64,000 bases of DNA from an uncultured bacterium (GCA_963746775.1 CAVVCK010000002.1:139571-203570), one strand, 5' to 3'. Shown: positions 17,610-27,714, numbered from the stretch's first letter. Notes: generated by a model not told the origin, from the sequence alone. Numbers and translations are program-made.

Positions 17610-20098
17610 CTAATTCACTCCATGCCAATTTTCTATAACTGCTATATCTGCTCCGTTTCTTAAGGTTTCATCGCCAAAAGCAAAGAAATTAGGCCATGTC
17701 CTCCATTTTCCAGTGGGCTCAAAAGCTAGCACTTGCGGCCCATTAGAACCTATAGGGGAAATTAAAAGTTCATCTTTGCCATCAAGGTCAATATCACCTG
17801 GAATATTCTTAAAGTTTCCTCTAACATTCTGTTGGTAAACCCACCAGAAATTCTTTCTAGCACCATTCTTATCAAAAACATTAACTTGAGAAGAGCCATT
17901 ATTGGGAGTAGTGTAAATTCTATCTTCTATGCCGGCAGCAGTTAAACCCTGGTTTATAGGAGCATCATAAGCCCAAAAGTCTTTCTTAAGAGTCCCACCT
18001 ACGGTATAGATCCAGACCTTGGGTTCAGCTACACCATGATTAGGGGTAACTAATAATTCTTCTGCCCCGTCATCATACTGGAATGTTCCTAAGTTGCAGC
18101 CATTAGCGCCATATGGAGCATCAAATTGATTAATTAATTCCCAGTTATCTACGCCAGTAGCATCTTTAAATATTTTAACGCGTGGACTGTAATCTCCTGT
18201 GAGACAAGCTGCTATGTCATCTTGAAAACCATCATTATCAAAATCTCCGGAAACCATAGAAAGACCATCTCTAATAGAGCTGGTATTAGCTTTATCATCG
18301 GGTTTTTGGAAAAGGAACATTTGTCCTTTAAGTACTAGAGAACCATCTTCTCTGAGGCCCATAACTCTTGCTTGAGGACCACCATTATTAATCGCAAAGA
18401 TTACAAACTGATCCTTTACTCCATTATTGTTTTGATCAATGGACACTATGCCTGCTCCACCAAGATAAGAAGGTGGGAAAAGACCTTCGTTAATTTTAAC
18501 ATCCGTTGCATTACCATGTCTATCATAAGCCCAAAGACGAGTTGTCTCTCCTGGACCGGAGGTGGTGAGGATTTTGGGGGAGAGGATGGGGGTAAGATCA
18601 GTATCAGTATCTGTATAGTATCAGTATCAGTATCAGTATCAGTATCTGTATCAGTTGTATCTGTGTCATCGCCTGTGGAAGTATCTAGAATGATAGTATC
18701 TGATATGATACTACTTGCTCCTTGAGCATTGCCTATTCTTGCATAGACTGTTTTTGTGCCATCTCCTGTAGTTAAGGTGTGAGTGGTCGTTGCACTAAAT
18801 GGTATGGCTGTACCATCTGATAAATCTGATTGGTTGCCTATTATCATGTAGGTAGCACCGCTATAGGATGAAAAAGTTAGGTCTACTTCTCTGATAGTGG
18901 TAGTGGAGGCTGCGGAGTTTATGGAGAGAGTGGGGTTGGAGGGGGATGTCGAGGTGGTGGCGTATTTAAGGGAGCCGGCTGTTTCATCATAATAGCTAAT
19001 GTGTAGATTATCTGATGAGTCAAGAGCGATAGAAGTATATAACCCAACACTATCAGCACCACCATTATCTACTACTGTACTTACCCAGCTACCTGATTGG
19101 TTGGTGGAATATTTTAGATCACCATCTGTAAAATCACCATAGCTAATGTGTACCTTATCCGAAGAGTCGAGAGCTATAGAAGTACAAAAACTAACATCAT
19201 TAGTACCTCCTCCATTATCTACTACTGTACTTACCCAGCTACCTGATTGGTTAGTGGCATATTCTAGAACACCATCTGAAGCATCACCATAGCTAATATG
19301 TACATTATCTGAAGAGTCGATAGCGATAGAAGTATCATATCCAACAGCATGAAGACTATCATCTACTGCTGTACTTACCCAGCTACCTGATTGGTTAGTG
19401 GCATATTTTAGATCATTATCTGTATAATCTTGATAGCTAATATGTACCTTATCTAATGAGTCGAGAGCTATGGAAGTATAAATTCCAACTCTATTAGCAC
19501 CACCATTATCTACTATCTCATTTTCAAAACTACCTGATTGGTTAGTAGCATATTTTAGATCATGATCTGTAAAATCACCATAGCTAATGTGTACCTTATC
19601 CGAAGAGTCGAGAGCTATAGAAGTAAAAATTCCAACACTATTAGCACCACCATTATCTACTATCTCATTTTCAAAACTACCTGATTGGTTAGTAGCATAT
19701 TTTAAATCACCAGCTATTTCATCACCATAGCTAATATGAACATTATCTGAAGAGTCGAGAGCTATGGAAGTATAAACTTCACTATGAATTTCAGTAGTAC
19801 CTACTCCATTATCTACTACTGTACTTACCCAGCTACCTGATTGGTTGGTAGTATACATAAGATTGCCTAATTCATGATTATAATAGCTTATATGAACATA
19901 ACCCAAAGAATCTATTGCTATTGAATCAAATTCACCATAATTAGTGGAACTATAATCTATATCTTCTATTGTCCAAGAAGCAGCTTTTACTTGATTTGGA
20001 AAACTTAAATTAATTACACCACATAGAGATGTTACTGTTATGATTGATATTAGCAGTAGGAATGATTTAGAGAAAAATGTTTTAATTCTTTTTTTCAT
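17610..20098 (-). pseudogene. large secreted surface protein (signal peptide, ~8 tandem ~44-aa beta-propeller-like repeats, (DT)n linker, shared FG-GAP-like C-terminal domain) interrupted by a 1-nt frameshift in a (GATACT)n tract near 18615
   Basis: Tracked ORFs 18446-20098 (550 aa) and 17610-18446 (278 aa, GTG start) are in different frames. The downstream frame reads open upstream as YYTDTDTDLTPILSPKILTTSGPGETTRLWAYDRHGN...GGAGIVSIDQNNNG. That is collinear with the paralogs at 20245-22173 and 29776-32829 (PKIITTSGPGE...GGAGIVSIDSNNNG). The unit gtata at 18611-18615 is one base short of the surrounding gtatca hexamers. Restoring one base fuses the two ORFs in frame. Confidence 0.55.
18601..18660. 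repeat. hexanucleotide microsatellite (GTATCA/GATACT)x~9, encodes (Asp-Thr)n linker; contains the frameshift
   Basis: Plus strand gtatca gtatct gtata gtatca gtatca gtatca gtatca gtatct gtatca. Confidence 0.8.
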
Positions 20099-20187
20099 AT
20101 TTTATTTATTTTAATAAATTATTATGCTTTATTATACTTCAATTTGTTAAATATGTCATTAATGAGAGCTGTGGATAAAATTTCAAT

Positions 20188-20224
20188 CAAAAAAGAGACC
20201 TCATTACAAGATCTCTTTTGTATT
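20188..20224 (-). terminator. candidate intrinsic terminator after 642-aa surface protein gene
   Basis: Minus strand: aaaagaga-tcttgtaatgagg-tctctttttt. The stem is imperfect, ~8 bp, followed by U6. Confidence 0.4.
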
Positions 20225-20244
20225 TTCTAATTACTAACCACACT

Positions 20245-22173
20245 CTAATTAACCCCATGATAATTATCTATTACCGCTATCCCCACTCCATTGCGAAGTG
20301 TCTCATCGCCAAAAGCAAAGAAATTAGGCCAGGTTCTCCATTTGCCTGAGGGCTCATAGGCTAGAACTTGGGGACCGTTAGAGCCTATAGGAGAGACTAA
20401 CAATTCATCGATGCCATCTAAATCGATATCTCCGGCAACATTGGTATAATCTCCTCTAATATGTTCCTGATAGGCCCACCAGAAGTTCTTTCTATTACCC
20501 TCTCTGTCAAAAACATTTATTTGGGAAGAACCGTTATTGGGAGTAGTATAGATTCGATCTTGAATACCAGAAGCTGTAAGTCCTGACTGAACACCTGCAC
20601 CATAGGCAGCAAATTGTTTTTGCAAAGTTCCATTTATCCAGTAAATATAAACATTAGGTGAAGCCATACCATGATTAGGAGTAACCAGAAGATCATTTCC
20701 CCCGCTATCATATTGAAAAGTGCCCAAATTACAGCCTACATTACCAAATGGTGCGCTAAATTCATGGGCTAGGTTCCAATTATCTATGCCTCTAACATCA
20801 GTATATACTCTAACTATAGGAACTCTATTCCCTGTTAAACAAAAAGCCGCATCATCTTGATAGCCATCATTATCAAAATCTCCACTAGTGGCTGATAAGC
20901 CATCTCTAATGTTAGAATCAAAAACAAATTGCTGTCCTAAGTAAGAAATAGTTTTATCTTCTTTAATGCCTATTACTCTGGCCTGAGGGCCACCGTTATG
21001 GATCGCGAAAATTAAGGCTTGATCCTTGACGCCATTGTTATTGCTATCGATAGATACTACTCCAGCACCACCAGCGTAGGAATCAGGGAAAAGTCCGGTA
21101 ATTACATCCCCCGTAGCAACACCTTTTCTATCATAGACTTGAGCCCTGGTTACCTCTCCGGGACCAGAAGTAGTGATTATTTTAGGAGAAATAGTAGCAC
21201 CAGATTCGGTAGTACGGGAGGCAGTGTCTTCATCTGAAGAGCTATCATCGGAGGAGTCATCGGAATCGTCTGAATCGTCTGAGCTATTACCAGCTAATTG
21301 CGCCATCATACTCCAAAAAGCCTGGCCTTTCTGATAGCAGTTAAAACAATGAGTATGGGCACAGCAGGTCTCGGGAGTACAATAACTGCAATAAGGGCTA
21401 CTGGAATGGCTGGCGCACCAGGTAGCACACCAGCTGCATTTTTCTGTTTCATTGGGATAAAAATTACCATCCGGGTCATAGCTTTCGATATCAGCAAAAT
21501 CATACAAAACTTTATTATTAGCTCGAGCTAGAGTTCTTATCTGTTCGTTGCGAGCATCGGTATTGGTTTTATCGCCATATGGCCAGTCATCATCATATAA
21601 ATGGCTAGTCATATAAACAAAGGTTACATTGGGATAATCTGCCTCTAATTTTCCCATTTCACTAAAATATCTATTAATACCTGCTTCTGTCGCATCTTGT
21701 ACTCCTGCACACCAAGACCACATTACTACATTAATAGATGAATCTGCATCTAATGCTTCACGGGTAATATAATACCAATCAGTGTAATCATAGGGATTCC
21801 AATCGCCTGTATGACCCAAATCAGTCTCGTAATGATCATCAATATATAACGAACCTGATTCACTGCCTGAGGTGTGATATTTATAAATACCCCCCTCAAC
21901 TTCTTCTATTCTGGAAAGTCCGGTAATAACTTGGCTTCCATGAGAAGTATGATTATAATATACCCTCAAATTTGATTTAGCATTATTGATAGCCGTCTCC
22001 GAAAGACCGCTTAGCGTTGCATCATTATGGTCAATAATTAAAGGGCTTGTTCGAGCTGCTTTTGCTTCTTTGGGCGTTTTAGAAAAAAATCCTCCCCAAA
22101 AAAACAAAGCTGTTACTAGAAAAAATACCATGCTATATACAAGATACTTTTTCTTTCTAAACATTTTTTTCAT
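20245..22173 (-). CDS. secreted surface protein: signal peptide, N-terminal Cys-rich domain of unknown function, acidic (SDD)n linker, shared ~300-aa FG-GAP-like C-terminal domain
   Basis: 642 aa. The N-terminus MKKMFRKKKYLVYSMVFFLVTALFF is a signal/anchor. A Cys cluster follows (CSWCATWCASHSSSPYCSYCTPETCCAHTHCFNCYQ), then an SDDSDDSDDSSDDSSSDED linker. The C-terminal domain is about 60-70% identical to those of the 17610 and 29776 genes and ends with the same final motif (HGVN or EVN). Confidence 0.6.
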   Translation of the reverse strand: MKKMFRKKKYLVYSMVFFLVTALFFWGGFFSKTPKEAKAARTSPLIIDHNDATLSGLSETAINNAKSNLRVYYNHTSHGSQVITGLSRIEEVEGGIYKYHTSGSESGSLYIDDHYETDLGHTGDWNPYDYTDWYYITREALDADSSINVVMWSWCAGVQDATEAGINRYFSEMGKLEADYPNVTFVYMTSHLYDDDWPYGDKTNTDARNEQIRTLARANNKVLYDFADIESYDPDGNFYPNETEKCSWCATWCASHSSSPYCSYCTPETCCAHTHCFNCYQKGQAFWSMMAQLAGNSSDDSDDSDDSSDDSSSDEDTASRTTESGATISPKIITTSGPGEVTRAQVYDRKGVATGDVITGLFPDSYAGGAGVVSIDSNNNGVKDQALIFAIHNGGPQARVIGIKEDKTISYLGQQFVFDSNIRDGLSATSGDFDNDGYQDDAAFCLTGNRVPIVRVYTDVRGIDNWNLAHEFSAPFGNVGCNLGTFQYDSGGNDLLVTPNHGMASPNVYIYWINGTLQKQFAAYGAGVQSGLTASGIQDRIYTTPNNGSSQINVFDREGNRKNFWWAYQEHIRGDYTNVAGDIDLDGIDELLVSPIGSNGPQVLAYEPSGKWRTWPNFFAFGDETLRNGVGIAVIDNYHGVN

Positions 22174-22214
22174 TTTGTTTTATATTATTTAAATGTAAGA
22201 AATTAGCTGTATAG

Positions 22215-22324
22215 AAATTTGAAGTTGGTAATAGAAACTGGAAATTAGATAAAAGATTTTCACTACTTTCTATTTTCTAATTTCCATTACAAATTTCTAT
22301 TTTCCAAATAACTATTTTCCTTTG
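22215..22324 (-). repeat. ~110-bp AT-rich intergenic repeat element, copy 2 (paralogous to 15751-15860), upstream of the 642-aa surface protein gene
   Basis: See copy 1. It starts 35 nt after the GNAT gene stop and ends ~40 nt before the start codon at 22173. Confidence 0.5.
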
Positions 22325-22358
22325 TATTCTGTGTATCTTAGTAAAATAATAATTATTA

Positions 22359-22688
22359 TTATAGATCTATCCGAAACTCCTTCCCATGATCGCTAAATCC
22401 TAATTTTTCATAAAGCCCATGAACTTTTTCTTTTTCGTACCTGCTTGTACAAACTAATTTATAACAATTATTTTCTTTAGCTTTTTTAATTATTTCATTG
22501 ACTAATCTTTTACCAATTCCCTTACCTCGAAAATCTTCATTAACAAAAACATCTTCCATAAACCCAAAAGGTTTCTCGTGTAAATCGTTGTAAAGCAAAT
22601 ATAAATAAGCTCGGCCAATATTTTTACCGTCTTGTTCTGCAACGATTTTAATTCCCTTACGATCTTTATTTTCAAATTTTATATTCAT
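22359..22688 (-). CDS. GNAT family N-acetyltransferase
   Basis: 109 aa. VFVNEDFRGKGIGKRLVNEIIKKAKENNCYKLV is the acetyl-CoA binding R/Q-x-x-G-x-G/A motif of GNAT motif A. Confidence 0.8.
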   Translation of the reverse strand: MNIKFENKDRKGIKIVAEQDGKNIGRAYLYLLYNDLHEKPFGFMEDVFVNEDFRGKGIGKRLVNEIIKKAKENNCYKLVCTSRYEKEKVHGLYEKLGFSDHGKEFRIDL

Positions 22689-22920
22689 AAATTAATTTAT
22701 TTACTCTTATAATTTAGCATATTTTAAATATTTAGAAAATACAAGATTTCTTGACTTTTGTTTTTACGCTAATGTTCTTTATATAGGCAGGATAATATAG
22801 ATAAAAATCCTCTTTTCTTTAAAACAAGGTCATTTTTCTCATCTTTTCATTCTGTTCTTAACTTTCGACATATTTTTTCTATCAATTTGCTTGACATCAA
22901 TATATATATTTATATAATAA

Positions 22921-23440
22921 TAAAGTTATTGTTCTTTCCATAATCATAGGCCGAAAGGCCTTAAATAGACGAGATAAAAATCTTTTTTATTTAAGACCTT
23001 TTCGGTCATAAATTTCTCTGGTATTAGCTTGGGTGCTGTATCTTTTGGACCCTTCGGGGGCAAGACGTACTTCTCTTCATGAGAAAACGCCATCCGGCTA
23101 GTATCAGAGAATTAATTTTCCTAAAGTCTGTGAGCTAGAATGAGTGCTGGTGATGATCAGGCCGTTCAAAAAAAGCTTAAGACAATAGGAGAAAGTCTCT
23201 AAGATTTTCGTATTTTGTTGGGATTTTCCCAGGAAAAATTACGGAGATTAAGGAGACACATCGCGAGGCAGTAGCGGAAGAGAAAGGAAGAGGTCAGAGG
23301 AGGCCTGTTTGGCTCCCTCACTCTCAAACCTTCAAAGGTGGAATCTCTCGACTTCTGCTGCCTCGCATTTTCTTTTGCCTATTTATAAAAATAGCCAGAA
23401 GAATTATAAAAACCCTTTATTTAAAAAGGGTTTTTATAAT
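22921..23440. ncRNA. candidate structured non-coding RNA locus (identity unassigned) within a ~1-kb ORF-free region
   Basis: GC content is clearly above the flanking DNA. There are multiple tetraloop-type hairpins (ggccgaaaggcc, gaccttttcggtc, ggacccttcgggggc) and long-range complementarity (gcgaggcagtagcgg at 23260 with ctgctgcctcgc at 23352). A 10-bp terminator-like hairpin sits at 23408-23435. No ORF exceeds 71 aa. Strand undetermined. Confidence 0.3.
23408..23435. terminator. terminator-like hairpin aaaaaccctt-tatttaaa-aagggttttt
   Basis: Perfect 10-bp stem with A5 before and T5 after, at the 3' edge of the GC-rich region. Confidence 0.4.
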
Positions 23441-23497
23441 TGGAAAATTGTTTTATTAGATAAAATATTTTATAATATTAACAACGTTCTTTTTATT

Positions 23498-23554
23498 AGC
23501 CACCATGGCCATAAATATTTATAAATTATTATAGCTATCTACGGCCATGGTGGC
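23498..23554. repeat. inverted repeat agccaccatggcc / ggccatggtggcc (13 bp, 12/13) around AT-rich 32-nt spacer; each arm itself palindromic (CCATGG core)
   Basis: Read directly from the sequence. No ORF context. Confidence 0.5.
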
Positions 23555-23695
23555 CACTCCCTCCTGGTTTATTCCCGCTACCCCATAACTGTCTTACAAA
23601 AAAATCAATAAAAAAGAAAACAAACTTGGGATGCCGGAAAAGAAACCAGGAGGGATCCAATTTATATCAACATAGTAAAGTATAAATAAATTTAT

Positions 23696-24856
23696 CTATA
23701 AAAATTTATTTATACTTCTTAAATTTTCAACAATCTCTTCTGCCAACTTCTGCCCGATATCTTTTATTTTCAATATTCCGTTCAGTCCTTCTTTTTTATA
23801 AATTACATCTAATCCTTCTTCTAATTCTTCCAAATTCCAAGCAGCTTTTCTATAAGCCCACTCTCTATATTTCATATTACCTGCAATTTGCATTTCTCTA
23901 GCTTTTAAATAAAATTTAGAAGCTATTTTTTTATTTATTTGTAAATCTTTTGGATAATAATTAACTTCTCTTAAAATATAATTTCTAATTTCATATTTCT
24001 TACAATATTTTTGAACCAGCTTATGTACTTTTATTGAATAATCACTAAATTCTTTTTCATTACTATATAAGTTTTTATATTTCAAAACTAAATCAGACTT
24101 ATATTTCTCTAATATTTTATAATAATAAGTTCCGCAATATCCCCATAGGGTCAGTCCCCCATCTAGAATATATTGCCCTCCGCTCTCTTTAGTTTTTGCA
24201 ACTACTTCTTCTATATTTTCTTCTGTATCATATATAAATGGCAAGATAGGCATAAAAACTGTGCCAGTAAATATATCCGCATCAGCTAACTTTTTCATAG
24301 CTTCAAAGCGAGAAGTTACCGAAGGAGATTTTGGTTCGAATATTCTTTTCACTTGATCATCCCTGGTAGTAATAATAGACCAACCAATATTTAAATAAGA
24401 TGCTTTAGATATTTTTTTTAATAATTCTAAATCTTCTAATAAATCAGGTGATTTTTCATTAAGAAAAACCGGAAATTTATGCTTTAGACAAATTTCTAAT
24501 AGTTTTCTAACTAATTTATATTCTCTATCAATATTTAAATAACCAGTCAGATAAATCAAATCTTTTTCTCTTCTTGGTAATATTCTATCTAATAGTTCCG
24601 GCGCATTTATTTTTATTTTTATATATTGTGAAAAAGGATCTTCTAAATTCTGAATCTCCGGATCAGCTGCTGCTCTGGAATTTTTATAAGGATTATATTT
24701 TTCATCTCTTTCATAGCAATAGCTACATCCCCATTCGCAACCCATATAAGGAGAGACAGAATATTTAGTCCAAAACCAACCGCCATCAACATGTTTTTGA
24801 GTATTTAGAATAGTTTTGGGTTTATATTCTTGGTAGATTATTTTTTTGCTTTTCAT
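23696..24856 (-). CDS. radical SAM DNA-repair photolyase-like protein (SplB/COG1533 family) with C-terminal extension
   Basis: 386 aa. The N-terminal region has SPYMGCEWGCSYCYER, a CxxxCxxC cluster. GCxxGCxYCY is typical of spore-photoproduct-lyase-like radical SAM proteins. Confidence 0.6.
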   Translation of the reverse strand: MKSKKIIYQEYKPKTILNTQKHVDGGWFWTKYSVSPYMGCEWGCSYCYERDEKYNPYKNSRAAADPEIQNLEDPFSQYIKIKINAPELLDRILPRREKDLIYLTGYLNIDREYKLVRKLLEICLKHKFPVFLNEKSPDLLEDLELLKKISKASYLNIGWSIITTRDDQVKRIFEPKSPSVTSRFEAMKKLADADIFTGTVFMPILPFIYDTEENIEEVVAKTKESGGQYILDGGLTLWGYCGTYYYKILEKYKSDLVLKYKNLYSNEKEFSDYSIKVHKLVQKYCKKYEIRNYILREVNYYPKDLQINKKIASKFYLKAREMQIAGNMKYREWAYRKAAWNLEELEEGLDVIYKKEGLNGILKIKDIGQKLAEEIVENLRSINKFL

Positions 24857-25544
24857 ATAATTTTTTTAATCGATCTTGAATTATTTTACTTTGCAATTCT
24901 TTTAAAGCATCTGTAGCAATCCACTTTGCAGTTTTATTTTCAATTTTCTCAATTTCTCGAGCAAACTTTATAGCTTCCCTATTTAAATTTAAATTTTTCT
25001 TGCCAATATTTCTTAGAGCCCAATTAACCGCCTTTCTAACAAAATTTCGATCATCAGTTACACCTTCTTTTATTATAGGGAAAAACTTTATAAAATAAGT
25101 ATCATTAGCCTCTTTATTATGCCAAGCTAAACAAGCAATTAAAGCATAAGCTGTTCTTTTTACAAATTCTTTGTCACTTTTATACCATTTATTTATTTTT
25201 TCTAAAGCATAAGATGTTTTCTCTAGTAAATTCATACACAACATATCACATACATCCCAATCCTGAATTTGTAATACCCATATATCTGCATCTTTGGATA
25301 TTAATTTTTTAGCATCACCTATAATAGAAGCTAGGATCATTGCCTCAGGAATTTTTGTCTCCCAAAGCTCAAGGGCTAAATTATGGTTTGTGCCAATTTC
25401 TTTGCCTATTTTCCTGATATTAGGTACTGAAACACCTAATCTACCCTTACCAGTTACACCAAAATTTTTGGAACTTTCAAAATATTTTTTGCTAGTTTTT
25501 GATTTTAGTTTATTTAAAACTTCTTCCAAATTATAATTTTTCAT
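24822..25544 (-). CDS. DNA alkylation repair protein (AlkC/AlkD-like HEAT-repeat glycosylase family)
   Basis: 240 aa, all-helical. The WVLQIQDWDVCDMLCMNLL and VRKAVNWALRNIGKKN motifs resemble the AlkD family (DNA_alkylation PF08713). Confidence 0.65.
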   Translation of the reverse strand: MKNYNLEEVLNKLKSKTSKKYFESSKNFGVTGKGRLGVSVPNIRKIGKEIGTNHNLALELWETKIPEAMILASIIGDAKKLISKDADIWVLQIQDWDVCDMLCMNLLEKTSYALEKINKWYKSDKEFVKRTAYALIACLAWHNKEANDTYFIKFFPIIKEGVTDDRNFVRKAVNWALRNIGKKNLNLNREAIKFAREIEKIENKTAKWIATDALKELQSKIIQDRLKKLYEKQKNNLPRI

Positions 25545-25644
25545 TTTATTTAATTATGGATTAACAAATTAAACATAGCGAAATTCGCGATTGAGTAGTA
25601 AAATAACAAATTTCGCTCCACTCAATTTGTCACTCCTATATTAT

Positions 25645-26385
25645 TTATTGAACTTTTTCTCTATCCTTTTTCTCCAATTTCTCCAAAGCTTTTCTCTTCA
25701 TCGTCCCTGAAAGTTTTTTACCCCCTTTAATTTGTTTTATTAAAAATTCACTGGCTATTTTAGAATGATATTTACCAATAGTTTTTAATCCCCAGCCAAT
25801 TCCTTTAACTACATCAATTTGCTTTTCTTCTATATAAGGCTCAACTAATTTTAAAAGTTTTTTAGTTTTTTGCGGATCATCAAGAACTCTTTTACTAAAA
25901 AAATGAATAGCTACTCCTACGCTTCTCCTGACCCATTTGTTTTCATCTTTTAGAAATTTTTTAAATACTAATAAAGTTTCATCGAAGTAATCAATCAAAG
26001 CATAACCCAAACTTCGCTCCCCAATAATATCACAAACATACCAAATATCACCTTCTATAATATATTCCCTACTTTTCTCCATTACTTTTTCGAAATGTTT
26101 ATCTAGAAAACCTATTAAAGCTCTGCCTGCTATCACATAAGAACCCATAGCATCATACTCAATTAATTTATCAAAAAATAAATAAAATTTATTATAATTT
26201 CCTTTGCCTTTCTCACCAATTGATTCCCCTATCTTGTCTAACTTAGCAAAAGCAATTTTATTATCTAAAATAGGCTTTAATATTTTTAAAGCCCGACTAT
26301 CTTTATTATTTAATACAAGATTAACTATTTCATCAGTAATTTTCTCGATTTCCTCTGGAGAAATTTTGGTCATATTTATTTTCAA
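25645..26385 (-). CDS. second AlkD-like DNA alkylation repair protein (paralog)
   Basis: 246 aa. GDIWYVCDIIGERSLGYAL and NKWVRRSVGVAIHFF sit in positions matching the neighbouring AlkD-like gene. Confidence 0.6.
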   Translation of the reverse strand: MKINMTKISPEEIEKITDEIVNLVLNNKDSRALKILKPILDNKIAFAKLDKIGESIGEKGKGNYNKFYLFFDKLIEYDAMGSYVIAGRALIGFLDKHFEKVMEKSREYIIEGDIWYVCDIIGERSLGYALIDYFDETLLVFKKFLKDENKWVRRSVGVAIHFFSKRVLDDPQKTKKLLKLVEPYIEEKQIDVVKGIGWGLKTIGKYHSKIASEFLIKQIKGGKKLSGTMKRKALEKLEKKDREKVQ

Positions 26386-26458
26386 TATTATTGGAAATAT
26401 AATATAATATGTGTTATTGTATCATAGGTTAAAATAATTTAAATTAAAATAAATAAAT

Positions 26459-27583
26459 ATGGGAGAAAACAATAAATCCCACGAATTTCGTGGAAAAAGA
26501 GACTACAAAAAATATTATCTATTATTATTACCGCTAGCCTTGTTGTTCGGTTTCGTAGGTTATTGGCAAATAACTTCTACCCAAGGTAAAGAAGTAAAGT
26601 ACGAAACAAAAACAGTCAAAGAAGATACTCTGGAAATTAAAGTATCTGGATCCGGAACTATTGTTGCTCCTGAGAAAAAGGAAGTTAAGTCTGATATAAA
26701 TGGTACCATTGAGGAAATTTTAGTAAAAGAAGGTGACCAGGTAGAGAAGGACCAGGAATTATTAAAAATAAAAAACGATGAGCTAGATGCAATCAAAGCA
26801 GCTAAATGGGCTGAATATTTAAAAGCTGTTGAAGATTTGGATAAAATTAATGCCAATCCTGATGCTCTGCCAAGTGAAAAGAATTCAGGAGAAGCTAATA
26901 AAGAATCAGCTAAGTTAAATTATAATTTAGCTGAGGCAGCAGTAAATAAGAAGACCGTTAAATCGCCCATTGAAGGTACTATTACAAAATTGAACGCTAA
27001 AGTTGGTGATTCAATTAATATTGGCAACAGTTCAGAAAATAATACATTAGAAACAAATACTAATAAAGAAAATACTACTGTTCTATTATCAGTAGTAAAT
27101 TTAAAAAAATTAGAAGCTCAAATTGCCATAGATGAAAAAGATCTGCCAAAAGTAAGTATCAGCCAGGCAGCAACTCTAAGTCTAGACGCTCTAAAAGATA
27201 AAACATTGATTGGAGCAGTATCTAGTATTGAAAGTATTGGTAAAATTAATAAAAGCCAAGTTACTTATAATGTTAATATTGCTATTGAAGATCTGGGAGA
27301 AAATGTTATTAAACCAGGCATGAGCGTTAACGCTCTAATTAACATTAACAGAGAAAGAAATGTATTGCTAGTTCCTAATGATGCCTTAAAAAAAGAAGGA
27401 GATAGGTATTATGCCGAAGTATTAATTAATAACTCACCTCAAAAAAGAGTAATAAAGATAGGACTAAGCAATGAAAAATATACTCAAGTTTTAGACGGAT
27501 TAAAGTTAGGTGAGGAGGTTATAGTAGGCATGACAGAAAAAAATATGGAAAGTAATATTTTAAAGGCTATTAAGAATTTTTAA
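26459..27583 (+). CDS. HlyD/MacA-family periplasmic adaptor (membrane fusion protein) of an efflux system
   Basis: 374 aa with an N-terminal TM anchor. The biotin-lipoyl-like hairpin halves are IVAPEKKEVKSDINGTIEEILVKEGDQVEKDQELLKI and VKSPIEGTITKLNAKVGDSIN, separated by a coiled coil. Confidence 0.7.
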   Translation: MGENNKSHEFRGKRDYKKYYLLLLPLALLFGFVGYWQITSTQGKEVKYETKTVKEDTLEIKVSGSGTIVAPEKKEVKSDINGTIEEILVKEGDQVEKDQELLKIKNDELDAIKAAKWAEYLKAVEDLDKINANPDALPSEKNSGEANKESAKLNYNLAEAAVNKKTVKSPIEGTITKLNAKVGDSINIGNSSENNTLETNTNKENTTVLLSVVNLKKLEAQIAIDEKDLPKVSISQAATLSLDALKDKTLIGAVSSIESIGKINKSQVTYNVNIAIEDLGENVIKPGMSVNALININRERNVLLVPNDALKKEGDRYYAEVLINNSPQKRVIKIGLSNEKYTQVLDGLKLGEEVIVGMTEKNMESNILKAIKNF

Positions 27584-27603
27584 ACGGCTTATCTTATTTA
27601 AAT

Positions 27604-27640
27604 AAAAAACCCAACAAACCGCTGGGTTTTTTTATTTTTT
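27604..27640 (+). terminator. intrinsic terminator after adaptor gene (aaaaccca-acaaaccgc-tgggtttt + T-run)
   Basis: 8-bp stem and 9-nt loop followed by tttttttatttttt, 20 nt past the stop codon. Confidence 0.55.
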
Positions 27641-27687
27641 AATAATTAGACATTTATTTGCATCAATAGACATCACATTCCAAAAAT

Positions 27688-27714
27688 AAACTTACTTAAA
27701 GACGAAACCTCAAG
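27688..27714 (-). terminator. hairpin aaagacgaaacc-tcaa-ggtttcgtctt (11-bp perfect stem) downstream of minus-strand gene 27780-28559
   Basis: On the minus strand it is followed by a U-rich tract that is not contiguous. Confidence 0.45.

Noticed and set aside
18601-18660. Possible CRISPR-like array from regularly spaced short repeats (also 38921-39120)
   Set aside because: The repeats are contiguous with no spacers, lie in frame inside coding sequence, and no cas genes are present.
18372-18725. Plus-strand ORF encoding SVSVSVSV repeats
   Set aside because: Antisense reading of the (GATACT)n tract inside the minus-strand surface-protein gene.
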